64,000 bases of DNA from Octopus vulgaris (Eukaryota): assembly GCA_951406725.2 (NCBI GenBank), contig OX597814.1, positions 77,314,001 through 77,378,000 of the forward strand, given 5' to 3'. Shown piece after piece: positions 1 through 12,276 of this stretch. Made by a program: the position numbers and the translations under genes. The number at the start of each line of letters is the position of its first letter. The first letter of the stretch is position 1. Below the pieces are notes generated by a model. It saw nothing but the letters and a program-made list of their open reading frames with translations, was not told the DNA's origin and made no database searches.

Positions 1-1253
1 AAACTCTATAAGATGCACCAAGTGTAAGCTATGGACACATAAGAGGTGCAGCAATGTCAAAGGAAGGCTAGCTAGGAAGATAGTTTTTGTATGTGGCAGA
101 TGCCCGGAAACAATAAACACTGAAAATGCTCTGGGACCAACTTCTGTCACTTTCCAGGGAGAAAAACGAGAAATAGTTGATAGCTTCCGTTACCTAGGTG
201 ACGAAGGTGGGTGTACTGAAAGTATAACTGCTAGAGTAAGAATAGCTTGGGCAAAGTTTGCTGGTGACAAAAGGCATCTCGCTCAAAGTAAAAGGCAGAC
301 TGTATGACGCGTGTGTACAAACAGCCAGTGAAACATGGGCCGTGACTGCTGAGGATATGCGTAAGCTTGCAAGAAATGAAGCCAGTATGCTCCGATGGAT
401 GTGTAATGTCAGTGTTCATACTCGACAGAGAGTAAGTACCTTGAGAGAAAAGCTGGACCTAAGAAGCATCAGATGTGGTGTGCAAAAGAGACGTTTGTGA
501 TGGTATAGTTATGTGGTGAAAATGGATGAAGATAGTTGTGTGAAAAAGTGCCACACCCTAGCTGTTGAGGGAACCTGTGGAAGAGGAAGACCCAGGAAAA
601 CCTGGGACGAGATGGTGAAGCATGACCTTCAAACTTTAGGTCTCACTGAAGAAATGACTAGAGACCAAGACCTCTGGAAGTATGCTGTGCGTGAGAAGAC
701 CCGGCAGGACAAGTGAGACCATAACCCATGGCCTTCTACACGGGATGTAGCCAGTCCACTTATGCATACCTTCCCTTCTTGGGACACAAAACTCTACTTG
801 TGAAGACCTGTTGAGGCAAGTGAGAACAAGAATCGAAATCGATCAATGGAAATAGCAGCCGAGATACCAGTGCCGGTGGCACGTAAGAGAGCCATCCAAA
901 CGTGGCCGTTGCCAGCGCTGCACCGACTGGGCTTGTGCCGGTGGCACGTAAAAAGCACCATCCATTCATGGCCATTGCCAGCCTCACCTGGCCCCCGTGC
1001 CGGTGGCACATAAAAAGCACCATCCGATCGTGGCCATTTGCCAGACTCGTCTGGCACCTGTGCCAGTGGCACGTAAAAAGCACCCACTACACTCATGGAG
1101 GGGTTGGCGTTAGGAAGAGCATCCAGCCGTAGAAACATTGCCAGATCAGACTGGGCATAGTGCAGCCTTCTGGCTTCCCAGACCCCAGTTGAACCGTCCA
1201 ACCCATGCTAGCATGGAAAGCGGATGCTAAACGATGATGATGATGATGATGAT
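1..1253 (+). mobile_element. RTE-clade LINE, 3' part (decayed RT C-terminus, 3' UTR with ~60-bp repeats, (GAT)n tail)
   Basis: Peptides KGRLYDACV...SETWA...MLRWMCNVS and GRGRPRKTW are typical of the RTE ORF end. The ORF stops at 716. The 3' UTR ends ...ccaacccatgctagcatggaaagcggatgctaaac(gat)n. Confidence 0.85.
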
Positions 1254-1622
<369 letters not shown>

Positions 1623-1885
1623 ATCATCATCATCATCATCATCATCATTTAACGTCCGTTTTCCGCGCTAGCACGGGTTGGACGGTTCGACCGGGGTCTG
1701 GGAAGCCAGGGGCCGCTCCAGGCTCCAGTCTGATCTGGCAGAGTTTCTACGGCTGGATGCCCTTCCTAACGCCAACCACTCCGTGTGAGTGGAGTGGGTG
1801 CTTTTTAAGTGCCACCTGCACAGGGGCCGGGGGGTCCGGCATCGGTCACGATCGGTTCGAGTTTTTAACGTGCCAGCGGCACGGG
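1623..1885 (-). mobile_element. RTE 3'-end fragment
   Basis: (CAT)n followed by ttaacgtccgttttccgcgctagcacgggttggacgg...ggatgcccttcctaacgccaacc, the reverse complement of the tail at 1080-1253. Confidence 0.8.
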
Positions 1886-2163
1886 GGCAACGGGATCCGG
1901 GGTACTTTGGGAATCTGGGGTACTTTGGGGATCCGGGGTACTTTGAATGGGTAGGGGTGGGGAAGGTTGGGGGTAAGGAGGAATGATGGCAGGAAGGGTT
2001 GGTGCAGGTTCGTAAGAAATAAAAACGTAGGATATTACGAGGCGTGGAGGGGACTGGAAGGAGATAGTAGGATTGAGGCAGTGTCAGATTCAAAACAGGA
2101 GGACGCGTAAGATCAGTGGGCGATTGATGAGCTGTGACGCTAGCAGCTTGTCTTTTCACATAT

Positions 2164-2870
2164 ATCATCATCATCATCATCGTTTAGCGTCCGCTTTCCA
2201 TGCTAGCATGGGTTGGACGGTCAACTGGGGGTCTGTGAAGCTGGAAGGCTTCGTCAGGCCCAGTCAGATCTGGCAGTGTTTCTACGGCTGGATGCCCTTC
2301 CTAACGCCAACCACTCCACGAGTGTAGTGGGTGGCGTGCCACCTGCACAGGTGCCAGACAGAGCTGGCGAACGGCCATGAACGGATGGTGCTTTTACGTG
2401 TCACCGGCACGGGGCCAGGCGATGCTGGAAACGGACACGAACGGATGGTGCTTTTACGTGCCACCGACACGGGGCCAGACAGAGCTGGCAACCAGCCACG
2501 AACGGACGGTGCTTTTACGTGTCACCGGCACGGGGGCCAGCCGAGGCTGGCAATGGACGCGAACGGATGGTGCTTTGGGGCCAGACAGAGCTGGCAAACG
2601 GCCACGAACGGATGGTGCTTTTACGTGCCACCGACACAGGGCCAGACAGAGCTGGCAAACGGCCACGAACGGACGGTGCTTTTACGTGTCACCGGCACGG
2701 GGCCAGGCGAGGCTGGCAACGAACACGAACGGATGGTGCTTTTACGTGCCACCGACACGGGGCCAGGCAGAGCTGGCAAACGGCCATGAGCGAATGGTGC
2801 TTTTACGTATCACCGGCACGGGTGCCAGACGAGGCTGACAGCGGACACGAACGGATGGGTCACTTAACCC
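2164..2870 (-). mobile_element. RTE 3'-end fragment with an expanded ~59-bp minisatellite (~9 units)
   Basis: (CAT)n tail and RTE terminus, then repeats of gtgccaccgacacggggccagacagagctggcaaacggccacgaacggatggtgcttttac at about 2335-2860. Confidence 0.8.
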
Positions 2871-2902
2871 CTGCTTTCTGATATATGATTTGATTTGATT
2901 TT

Positions 2903-3023
2903 ATACATACATATATATATACATACATATATATATATATATATATACATACATATATATATACATACATACATATATATATACACACACATATATATGT
3001 ATATATGTATATATATATATACG

Positions 3024-3073
<50 letters not shown>

Positions 3074-3112
3074 TATATATATATACATATATACATATAT
3101 ATATACATGTAT

Positions 3113-3160
<48 letters not shown>
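2903..3160. repeat. (TA)n microsatellite
   Basis: Read directly. Confidence 0.95.
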
Positions 3161-3162
<2 letters not shown>

Positions 3163-3165
<3 letters not shown>

Positions 3166-3500
3166 GGGTAAAGACCCCCTTCGGTCATGAATGACCATGG
3201 GATTGCACCTAGAAAGTTACCCTCCTAGACACAAGTCCGGGCAAGGTTGTTTATGGAAGACCAGCAGTCGCCCATGCATACCTCCCTCTCCACGCCACCA
3301 GTGTTATCCAAGGGAAAGACAAAGGTCGATACAGCTTGGCACCTGTGACGTCGCAACTCATTTCTACAGCTGAGTGAACTGGAGCAACGTGAAATAAAGT
3401 GCCTTGCTTAAGAACACAACACGCAGCCCTGTCTGGGAATCGAGCTCACAACCTCACGATCGTAAGCTCGACGCTCTAACCACTGAGCCATGCGCCTTCA
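3163..3500 (-). mobile_element. tRNA-derived SINE
   Basis: The minus strand begins gaaggcgcatggctcagtggttagagcg (A box) ... gagctcgattccc (B box), followed by a SINE body. Confidence 0.75.
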
Positions 3501-3501
3501 C

Positions 3502-3551
<50 letters not shown>

Positions 3552-3567
3552 ATATATATATATATAT

Positions 3568-3713
3568 TGGAAGGGCATCCAGCTGTAGAAACACTGCCAG
3601 ATCTGACTGGCCTGGTGCAGCCTTCGGGCTCGCCAGACCCCAGTTGAACCGTCCAACCCATGCTAGCATGGAAAGCGGACGTTAAACGATGATGATGATG
3701 ATAATGATAATGA
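3568..3713 (+). mobile_element. RTE 3'-terminal fragment (5'-truncated)
   Basis: ggaagggcatccagctgtagaaac...gcatggaaagcggacgttaaac(gat)n, embedded in (TA)n. Confidence 0.8.
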
Positions 3714-4129
3714 TATATATATATATATATATATATATCTTTATTAGAAATCGTTTTCTAGAACCCTCCAAATTAAAGGACAAAATATAATTCAACCTTT
3801 CAGACACACACATACACACATAAGTCGTCAGAATTTTGGGAAAAAAATCCTTTTATTTCTTCATTATTATTTGTGCTTTCATTTCTAGTGAACGGGTGTT
3901 GTTAAGCTATAAATCTAATCACATCTAAACTATGCCTTTTAAAAATATTCTTGCAAAAATCAGAAAGAAATTTAACAAGATCCCAAAGAAACTTTTATTT
4001 GTTGCAGTTTGTTACACTAAAAGAAATATACATAAAATGCAAATTAATAATTATTATTAATTAGTATTTTTCAGAAGCTGGTTATATACTTAAATCCTTA
4101 AATCCTTAAAAATGTTTTAGCACCACCGC

Positions 4130-5435
4130 TGAATGAGCTACACTAATATGTGAATCCACCTCTGATACGTGGCACTTGATCAACAAGGGAGTTCGATGCT
4201 GCTGCCCGCATCTACGTGTCCTGTCATGAGGTAGGTTCATCTGGGACTCCCGACAAGAAGAGATCCAGTTTAGTTTTAAAGAAACCCACATCCACACCAT
4301 GTAAGTCTCTCAGGCATTTAGGGAGGATGTTAAAAAGCAGTGGTCCTCTGAAACCCAAGCTGTTGCAGTATCTGGACCTGTATTTTGATGGTGATGCTGG
4401 AATCTTTGGCACCATGCAGTGGCGCCCCATTCTGCGGTTGGGGTAACTTTGAATGCCAAAGTTTGGGACAAGACCCTCCAGGATTTTCCAGATGTATATC
4501 ACCGCATATCTCTCCCGCCTCCGCTCTAGAGAGAAGAGGTTTAATACTTTCAGTCTTTTCAAGTAGCTGATATTTTGCATTGAGACGATCTTCTTTGTGT
4601 AGCTTCTTTGAATTGCTTCGAGTTCTGCTGTTAGTTTTATATTGTGTGGTGACCATAGTTGGGAGCAGTAGTCCAAGCGGCTGAGGACAAATGTTTTCCA
4701 GAGGACCATCAGTGTCTCCTTCTCTCTTGTTCTGAAAGTTCGGAGAATCCATCCAGCTAGCCATCTGCATACCCTCCATCAGACACCTACCATATTCTGA
4801 GCGCCTTGTTTCCCTGGGCATGGATTCACTGAAGCTCCGGCATCTGGCGACGGACTTGGTAAACACCCACAAGGTTATCAACCACCTCACCAACAACAAC
4901 ACTGAACACCTTTTTGATCTCCATGTGTCTAACACATGTGGACATGCCTACAAAGTCAGAAAACAACACAGCTCCCATGACTTTCGGAAACATTTTTTCA
5001 CGCTCAGAGTTGCTGAAGCATGGAATAAACTGCCTGCGTCAGTTGTTGACTGCCATGACACTGCATCCTTTAAGGCCCTCATGCTTTCCGAAATCCGCCG
5101 AAACTACACCTGATTATATATACACTTTAGATGAGTTGTAGTGCACCTGAGCACTGTACACAATTATTATTATTATTATTATTATCACCAGATTAGTAAT
5201 ATGCACTTGGAAAGATGCATCATTGCTCATGTCAATGCCCAGGTCACGGACTGATTTTGACTCAGGGATTGCAATTCTTCCTGGGCCAGTGTATCCAGTC
5301 TGCACGTCCTTTACCTTTGTGTGCCGGTAGCGCAGGGCCTGGAACTTACCTGCATTAAACTGCATGTTGTTGTCCTCAGCCCACCTGTATATTGTATCCA
5401 ACTCCTGTTGCAGATGCGCAATATTTTCAGGGTTT
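4130..5435 (-). mobile_element. CR1-group LINE RT/3' fragment, interrupted by a second LINE
   Basis: Minus-strand peptides WAEDNNMQFNAGKFQ...VRDLGI (5186-5401) and LSRLDYCSQLWSP...LEAIQRSYTK...SLERRRERY (4224-4709). Confidence 0.8.
4776..5185 (+). mobile_element. CR1-type LINE 3' fragment with (ATT)n tail, nested in the opposite orientation
   Basis: Peptide GHAYKVRKQHSSHDFRKHFFTLRVAEAWNKLP is a CR1 C-terminal motif. (ATT)n tail at about 5163-5185. Confidence 0.75.
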
Positions 5436-6046
5436 TGAAATGATTATTTTTTCTATAAGCTCTGTTGTAAGACACAGTCCTGTCTGTGTGACAGGAACTT
5501 TGTTCCTTAGCTATATGTTTCTGGATTTAGCACCAGTGTATGACACCAAATGTCTTCTACTATAGCCCTGTGTGTGTGCGTGTGTGTGTGGCTGTGTGTT
5601 TATGCTTGTCCAAAACTTGAATGAGTGCCATTGCAAAGAGATTTTCTCTTTTGAACAAGAGATAAGAAATTTTATCTCACCTCCCCCATCTTTCTCTCTC
5701 CCACTATACACACACACACATATATACACGAACACTTGTGTGTATACATACAATTCCCCACAAAATAAAATACATATACATACAATCATACACATAACTA
5801 CAAAGACCTCAACCAAACCACTATCAAAAATAATTGAACTTTTAACCTTTAACCATTGTAGCCAAAACACTAAGTACTGAATTCTTTTACACATACATAT
5901 CCATTTAGCCTTTTGGTTTTATTATTTTTTTTTATTATTTGCTTTCTTTAATACATACATATACACACACATATAAAATACACTTTATTGAAATAATAAA
6001 GTTTACCCAAAATTAAACATACGAACATATATATATATATAAAATA

Positions 6047-6535
6047 TGAGGGGCGTTCAATAAGTAATGCCCCTGACCCACTTCCCATAGCAGTAGAGCA
6101 ATGAAACTTGGCACAGTTATTAGTCTTTTTCTACATAAGAACCACCCAGAGTTACGCATTTCTCCCATTGTTTGATGCAGCTCTGGAGACCGTTTTTGTA
6201 GAAGACCCCAGCTTGGTCCTCCAACCTCAACGTGACTTCAGAAATCAAGGCTGCATCATCTGGGAAACGCTTTCCTTTCAAAAACAACTTCATGACTGGG
6301 AAGAGGTGAAAATCAGAGGGTGCAAGGTCAGGAAAGTAGGAGGATGGGGGAGGAGTTCATAGCCATACGCCTGTGCTTCTGATCTGGCGACAAGCGAGTT
6401 GTGGACCGGAGCATTGTCCTGCAGGAGGAGGATGCCTTTGCTGATCTTGCCCCACCTCTTGATTTTGATAACTTCTCTTAATTTCCTCAAAAGTGAAGCA
6501 TAATAGGCTCCTGCAATTGTGGTACCCTTTGCCAA
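6047..6535 (-). mobile_element. mariner transposon 3' fragment
   Basis: Peptide YYASLLRKLRE...LLLQDNAPVH...LLPHPP. TIR-like end tgaggggcgttcaataagtaatg follows a TA. Confidence 0.8.
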
Positions 6536-7041
6536 GATCGTCGGGTGACCTGCTGTGCTTGAGGAGATCTATTGAGTCAAGTACATCAATATCAAAATAA
6601 ATATCAAATGGAAATTGTAGTTACATGATACCTGTGCCAGGGGCACGTAAAAAGCATCATCCGAACGTGGCCGATGCCAGGGTCGCCTTGACCGGCTTCT
6701 GTGCCGGTGGCACATGACCTGCTGTGCTTGAAGAGATCTATTGAGTCAAGTACATCAACATCAAAATAAATATCAAATGGAAATTGTAGTTGTGATACCT
6801 GTGCCGGTGGCACATAAAAAGCACCATTTGAATGTGGCCGATGCCAGCATGCCTTGACTGGCTTCTGTGCCGGTGGCACGTAAAAAGCACCCACTACACT
6901 CATGAAGTGGTTGGCGTTAGGAAGGGCATCCAGCTGTAGAAACACTGCCAGATCAGACTGGAGCCTGGTGCAGCCCCCTAGCTTCCCAGACCCTGGTCGA
7001 ACTGTCCAACCCGTGCTAGCACGGAAAACGGACGTTAAACG
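6536..7041 (+). mobile_element. RTE 3' UTR fragment with a duplicated ~168-bp segment
   Basis: tgacctgctgtgcttga...aaatggaaattgtagtt occurs twice (about 6546 and 6714). It ends with the RTE terminus and (GAT)n. Confidence 0.75.
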
Positions 7042-7084
7042 ATGATGATGATGATGATGATATATATATATTCTGTTATTATTT

Positions 7085-7304
7085 TATATATATATATTCT
7101 TTTATTTGACTGCAACCATACTGCAGCACTGCCTTTAGTTGAGCAAATCAACCCCAGAACTTATTCTTTGTAATCCTAGTACTTATTCTATTGGTCATTT
7201 TTGCCAAGCCACTAAGTTACCGGGACGTAAATACACCAACATCGGTTGTCAAGTGATGTTGGAGGGACAAACACAGGCACACAAACACACACACACATAC
7301 ATAC

Positions 7305-7365
<61 letters not shown>

Positions 7366-7526
7366 CAACAGTCTTCTTTCAGTTTCTGTCTACCAAATTC
7401 ACTCACAAGGCTTTGGTTGGCCCAAGGCTATAGTAGAAGACACTTGCTCAAGATGCTACACAGTAGGACTGAACCTGGAACCATTTGGTTGGTAAGCAAA
7501 CTATTTACCACACAGCCACTCCTGCG
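7085..7526 (-). mobile_element. tRNA-derived SINE (cephalopod-type) with internal (TA)n
   Basis: Minus head caggagtggctgtgtggtaa...ggttccaggttcagtcct. The body is shared with the copy at 17690-18042. Confidence 0.75.
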
Positions 7527-8254
7527 CTTATATAAGTATAAAAAATACACTTTATTGAAATAAAAAGTTTCCCCAAAATGAAACATATCTATAGAAACTG
7601 ACACACACAAAACATAAGCACACAAATATACATACAATTCACCCTCTCACAAACACAAATATTTTATTTACCCAAGCATTCATATGCAAACATACTTATT
7701 GAGCCTTTCACTAAAAATACAATAAATTTCATCAAATTCAGTGGCTAACCCAAGCAGTCTTGGCTGAATGGGTTTATCTTTTAATATCTTGTGTCACTAA
7801 AGTGTATGTTTTATGTTTTTTTTTCTTTTTGAAAGACCACATAGAATTTTTTAAAAGACTTTAGGGGGATCACCTTTATGAAATGTCACCAGTATAGAAT
7901 GTAACACTCTTGAGCACAGGGTCCCCTTCAGCATGGAGCCTGATTTGGAGCAATCAGTCCGGTCTGACGTCCAGATTTTGTGTAACTGAAATCCCCTATT
8001 TATCATTTTTTCTCACCTGCTTCTGTTACAAAAGCCATCTAAGCTACTTTTCCATGCCAGGTTTTATGTTAAGCATTCTTAAATAATTAGTGAAAAGGAA
8101 TACCTTTCCTCCTTTTTCTAGCTTAAGACAGTCAGTGGAATTCCATGGCTGAGTTACCACTCCTGTGCCCAATCATCCACTCAAAGTACATAAGTATTAT
8201 GTTGTTATTACTGAAAGGCAACTTTCTGTTCTTAAGTGAAACATTGGTGTTTCC

Positions 8255-9330
8255 TCTTCCTTTGTCACTTGTAGGATGACAGGCTCTCCTTCTGCAGGAA
8301 CCAGCAATAATCTTCCATCATATTTGGGTGGAAGTTACCTTGGTATCTGTTTTCCCTAACTGAGATCTGTTGGTGGAAGTGCTCATCATGCTTATTACTC
8401 ACAACCCCAAGGTTGACCAGAAAGAAGTCAAAATGAGGATGTAAAAAATGTATTTTCAAAGACACTCTACATCCTATTTCTCATATGAATTCAGCTTTGT
8501 GGTTTCCAAGAAAATTTTTGACAACTTCAACAAAAGATGTCCATACTCCTAGTTCATTCTCAATTAGATTAGATGGAAATGATGATTCATGGCTGACACT
8601 GCAGATCTATGGTCCAGTGAAAACTCCAACTTCTAGCTTATCATCTGTTAATATTCCTTTGAATTTATCCTTTAAATATTGGAAACTGCTATCTTGCTGC
8701 TCCATACTCTTCACAAAATTTTTCATAAGGCCAAGTTTAATATGAAATGGTAGAAGATGTACTTTCTGAGGGTCAATAAGCGCTGAATGTTGCACACGGT
8801 GTTTACCAACAAAATGTTTGGTTCTATATGGCCAATCATGTTTTTTGTAGTAGTTCTTGTCATCTCTGCTGTTCCACGGACACAAAAAGCACATATGCTT
8901 TGTGTAGCTCAACTGTAACCCAAGAAGTAATGATACAACTTTAAGATCGCCATAAATATTACATATGTGGTCCTTATATTTGATGAGTCTTAGCAGCAAT
9001 TCTATTGATTTATAAACCTCATTAAAGCCAGTGACAAGTGCTACAGGTATTGAAAGTTTTTCATTGCTATTGTATAATAATACAGTTTTAAGGCTAGCTT
9101 TACTAGAGTCAATGAACAATCTCCATTTTTTGGATTATATCAAAAGCCTATCCTTTCCATCAGGCCACTGATAGAGAAACAAACGTTTTCCTCCTGTAAG
9201 TAAAATGATGGTGAAAACTGCAGATGGCATTGACAGAAATGGGAAACTTTGGTGTATGTCTAGAGAAAATTTCATCTTTGACATCTGGAACCAAGCAATT
9301 CTACCTTTTCTTTCTGTTATTCCAATAAAT
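8255..9330 (-). pseudogene. decayed DNA transposase, probably Chapaev3/CMC-like
   Basis: Peptides FIDSSKASLKTVLLYN, GDLKVVSLLLGLQLSYTKHMCFLCPW, HIKLGLMKNFVK and MSLKIHFLH...SNKHDEHFHQ...RYQG...DYCW, split by frameshifts and stops. A possible terminus ttgttacctagtg lies at 9748-9760. Confidence 0.7.
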
Positions 9331-12258
9331 GTGGGGAACTAGTTACATCTGGAACATACATGCCATCTTTCCTTATTTCTAGTGAAATCTTCAGATGAAC
9401 TGATGTCTTCAACAACTGCTCTACTTGATTGTCACATAGCAACTGACTATTGGGCCATTACTATGCTCGTGACTCAGTGTCGCCAACTTGGGATAAATTT
9501 TATTGAACAAAATCCTTAGAATTTTTTTAAGTTGGCAAACAAAAATTCCTTTAACTTTGAAAAGCAAGTTTCATATTACTGGCATTAGGATGATTAAAAC
9601 CAAAATCTTGATGTAGAAGGAAATTTTACTAAGTGATTTGCATCTTACTCAAAGCCTACAGATGATAGAAAAAATTTAATTATAGATTTGAAATCAGCAT
9701 ACTAAAATTAACTAGGAACACCTATTTGGTCTTCTGTAACAAAATCTTTGTTACCTAGTGTAATTCACTTTTATTCCATGCATCTCATTTCCATTTACCT
9801 TGCTATTGGGAAATTGTATATCATAAACCACTATCTCATCAACCAGCATAGATAAGAGGTTAAGCATTTGAAGATATCTTACAGGCTTACTTGAAAGCAA
9901 TCCTGTAGGTTTAGACGTTTTATTACCTAACCTTCACAACTTTGGCTCTTAATTTGTAACTAAATATATTGTGTACTCTTTGTGACAAGATATTAGCATT
10001 AATACTCATTGGTTGAGAGACTACCTTCTTAGCAAATACAAGTGCCAGTTGAAGATCTTGTTTACTGTTCTTTATCAGATATCATAATTCCTTAATCAAC
10101 AAAAGAAAAATACTACAAATGAATAAAAAACAAAAGCTTTTCGTTTTCTAGAACAGAATCTTGTTATTTAATAGCTCATTAAAAAAATAAAAACAATAAA
10201 AATAAAAGAAAAAATAACAGTCAGCTGTGGACGTTAAATGGACAAACAGCTTGCGGATCATAAATCCATATCTACTAAAAGTAGAAAATAAAAATAACTG
10301 AGCAATCCAACAAGATAACTTTCTGTAGCTATTGACTGATTCTGTTAATGGATGCAAGCTCCAGCCTAGCAACAGATGATATGGTGGAAGCTGTGTAGTG
10401 AATAGAGCAGCGTGATAGGCTTGCAAGGAGTAGTAGAATGGACTTAGCAAAGAGCAATAGTAGGAGTGAGTCTATGTGATTAGGAAGCTTCATGCCAAGT
10501 ATATTTAGCCAAGAAAAAGAATGTTAGCAAGAAGCTTGACAATGTTCTTCCACATGATGAAATACATTTGAACTGAAAGGCAGTATACTTCTATAAATGA
10601 AGATGACAGGGAGAAGTGTGCATACTTTTTTGCAGTCCTAATAAAAGAGATGAGGAAGTGTCCATGAAATATTAATGAATTAGCTTGTATAAGCAGGAGA
10701 GTCTAGCTTAAGTAGAACAGAATAGCTTTTATTGAGGTCAGTTGCACCATAATTAATAAAGCAATTAAAGGGGTAGAAGTAAAGATAGTTACAAGGGCAT
10801 TGGAGATAGTTGCTGAAATAGTAAAAGTACCAAGAACATTATAATGGTGGTGGTGGTGGTGATGCAGAGGAAATGAGGAAGATAGGTGTTTTGTAGTCTC
10901 TGAGACAAATGTCTTATTCTACATTCAAAGTTCAGGTATTTAGAAAAAAAGGTAATGGCACTCTAAGGAAACACTTCAACAACACTTCATTCAGAAGGTA
11001 TGTTACTTATTAAACACTGAATACAACCAGATAACAGAAATGAATAGGTATCACGGTCTTCCTAGCTTACGGAGACATTATTATTCTTGAGGTGGAGGAA
11101 TGGCAGAGCTTTGTGATCATATCTAATAGGTTTTTTTTTTTTTATTCTTTTTATTTTATTCCTTCCAATTATGAGCTCATAGTTTATTGAGGCCAGATAT
11201 ATCTTTTGTCCATACAAAATCATTTACAAAAAATTACCAGCAGCACACTTAAAGATGATTTAATTGATTGTATTTCTCCAAAAACTGGTCTTATTTGAAA
11301 GAAATGAAGTTGTTATAATCACCATTGTTTTTTGTTGGTTCATGAATTTAAAGAACCTCTGTGATTGCTTGTTCTGCTAGAAATAGCAGCCAAACTCCAA
11401 ACAATAGCATAAAAAAATGTAGGACACATAGGATAATTTAATCCTAAATATATTGTATGAAATTATCAATGTCTTGGTCCAACAGTTCACAGCTGACCTG
11501 TGACTAAACAACAATAGCAACAACTATTGATCCACAAGTGATAACAGCTATGCAACAACTGGTTACTGAGCAACAATTATTTGAAGCTACTATTATAAAT
11601 AAATCGTTTCTTAATGTCAAATCTTATTGACAAACTTTTTTGAGTAAGAGTATCATAGTATAAAGGTTGTTAAATTTCAGATAAAATAGATTCATTGATA
11701 TTGTAGCAAGACCCATTTCTGTTCTGACATTTTATATTCAACTAGCCTTAAATAGGCTCCACACGTTCATTTTTAATGATTGGGTATTTGACTTATCATG
11801 TGAGTTTGGAACATTTGGTTGAGTCTTGTATTTTGAATGGATGAGTATTGTACGGGATAAGGATCTCAGATCCAATCATGTTGTGCATAATACATCCTCA
11901 ATTAATCTGAATCATTGCTGGACCCTTCCCTCTGCTTATATATAACTTTGTCAAATCATTTATGGGCAGTGAGGTGAGAGATTTCCTGGAGCACATGTTA
12001 TAATATTATAATGAAGCACGTGTAACCACTGACATCCAGGGTTGAATTATTCTAATGATGGATGAACTATACAACCAACAGAATTCGTGATGTGTTATTT
12101 GGTCCACTGTATAATTTAGAAGAGGAATAAAGTCTCACTGTTATTTAAAAGTTTGTTTCTTGTATCATTTCCACGAGTTAACATGCCACACCTCCTATAT
12201 GGTTTGCAACACTCCATAGTAAACCAACAGAGACTTTATAACCAACCACAGCTAAAAC

Positions 12259-12276
12259 TGGTGACCCCAACGTGAT
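12259..12276 (+). other. primer-binding site complementary to the tRNA-Trp 3' end
   Basis: TGGTGACCCCAACGTGAT matches the canonical TGGTGACCCCGACGTGAT at 17/18 positions. A partial second copy lies at 12329-12340. Confidence 0.75.

Noticed and set aside
2335-2860. CRISPR-like regular repeats
   Set aside because: The intervening segments are homologous to one another rather than unique spacers, there are no cas genes, and the context is a eukaryotic RTE 3' UTR.
9800-12200. Possible host exons in unique-looking AT-rich DNA
   Set aside because: No recognisable coding motifs or supportable splice structure could be seen by eye.
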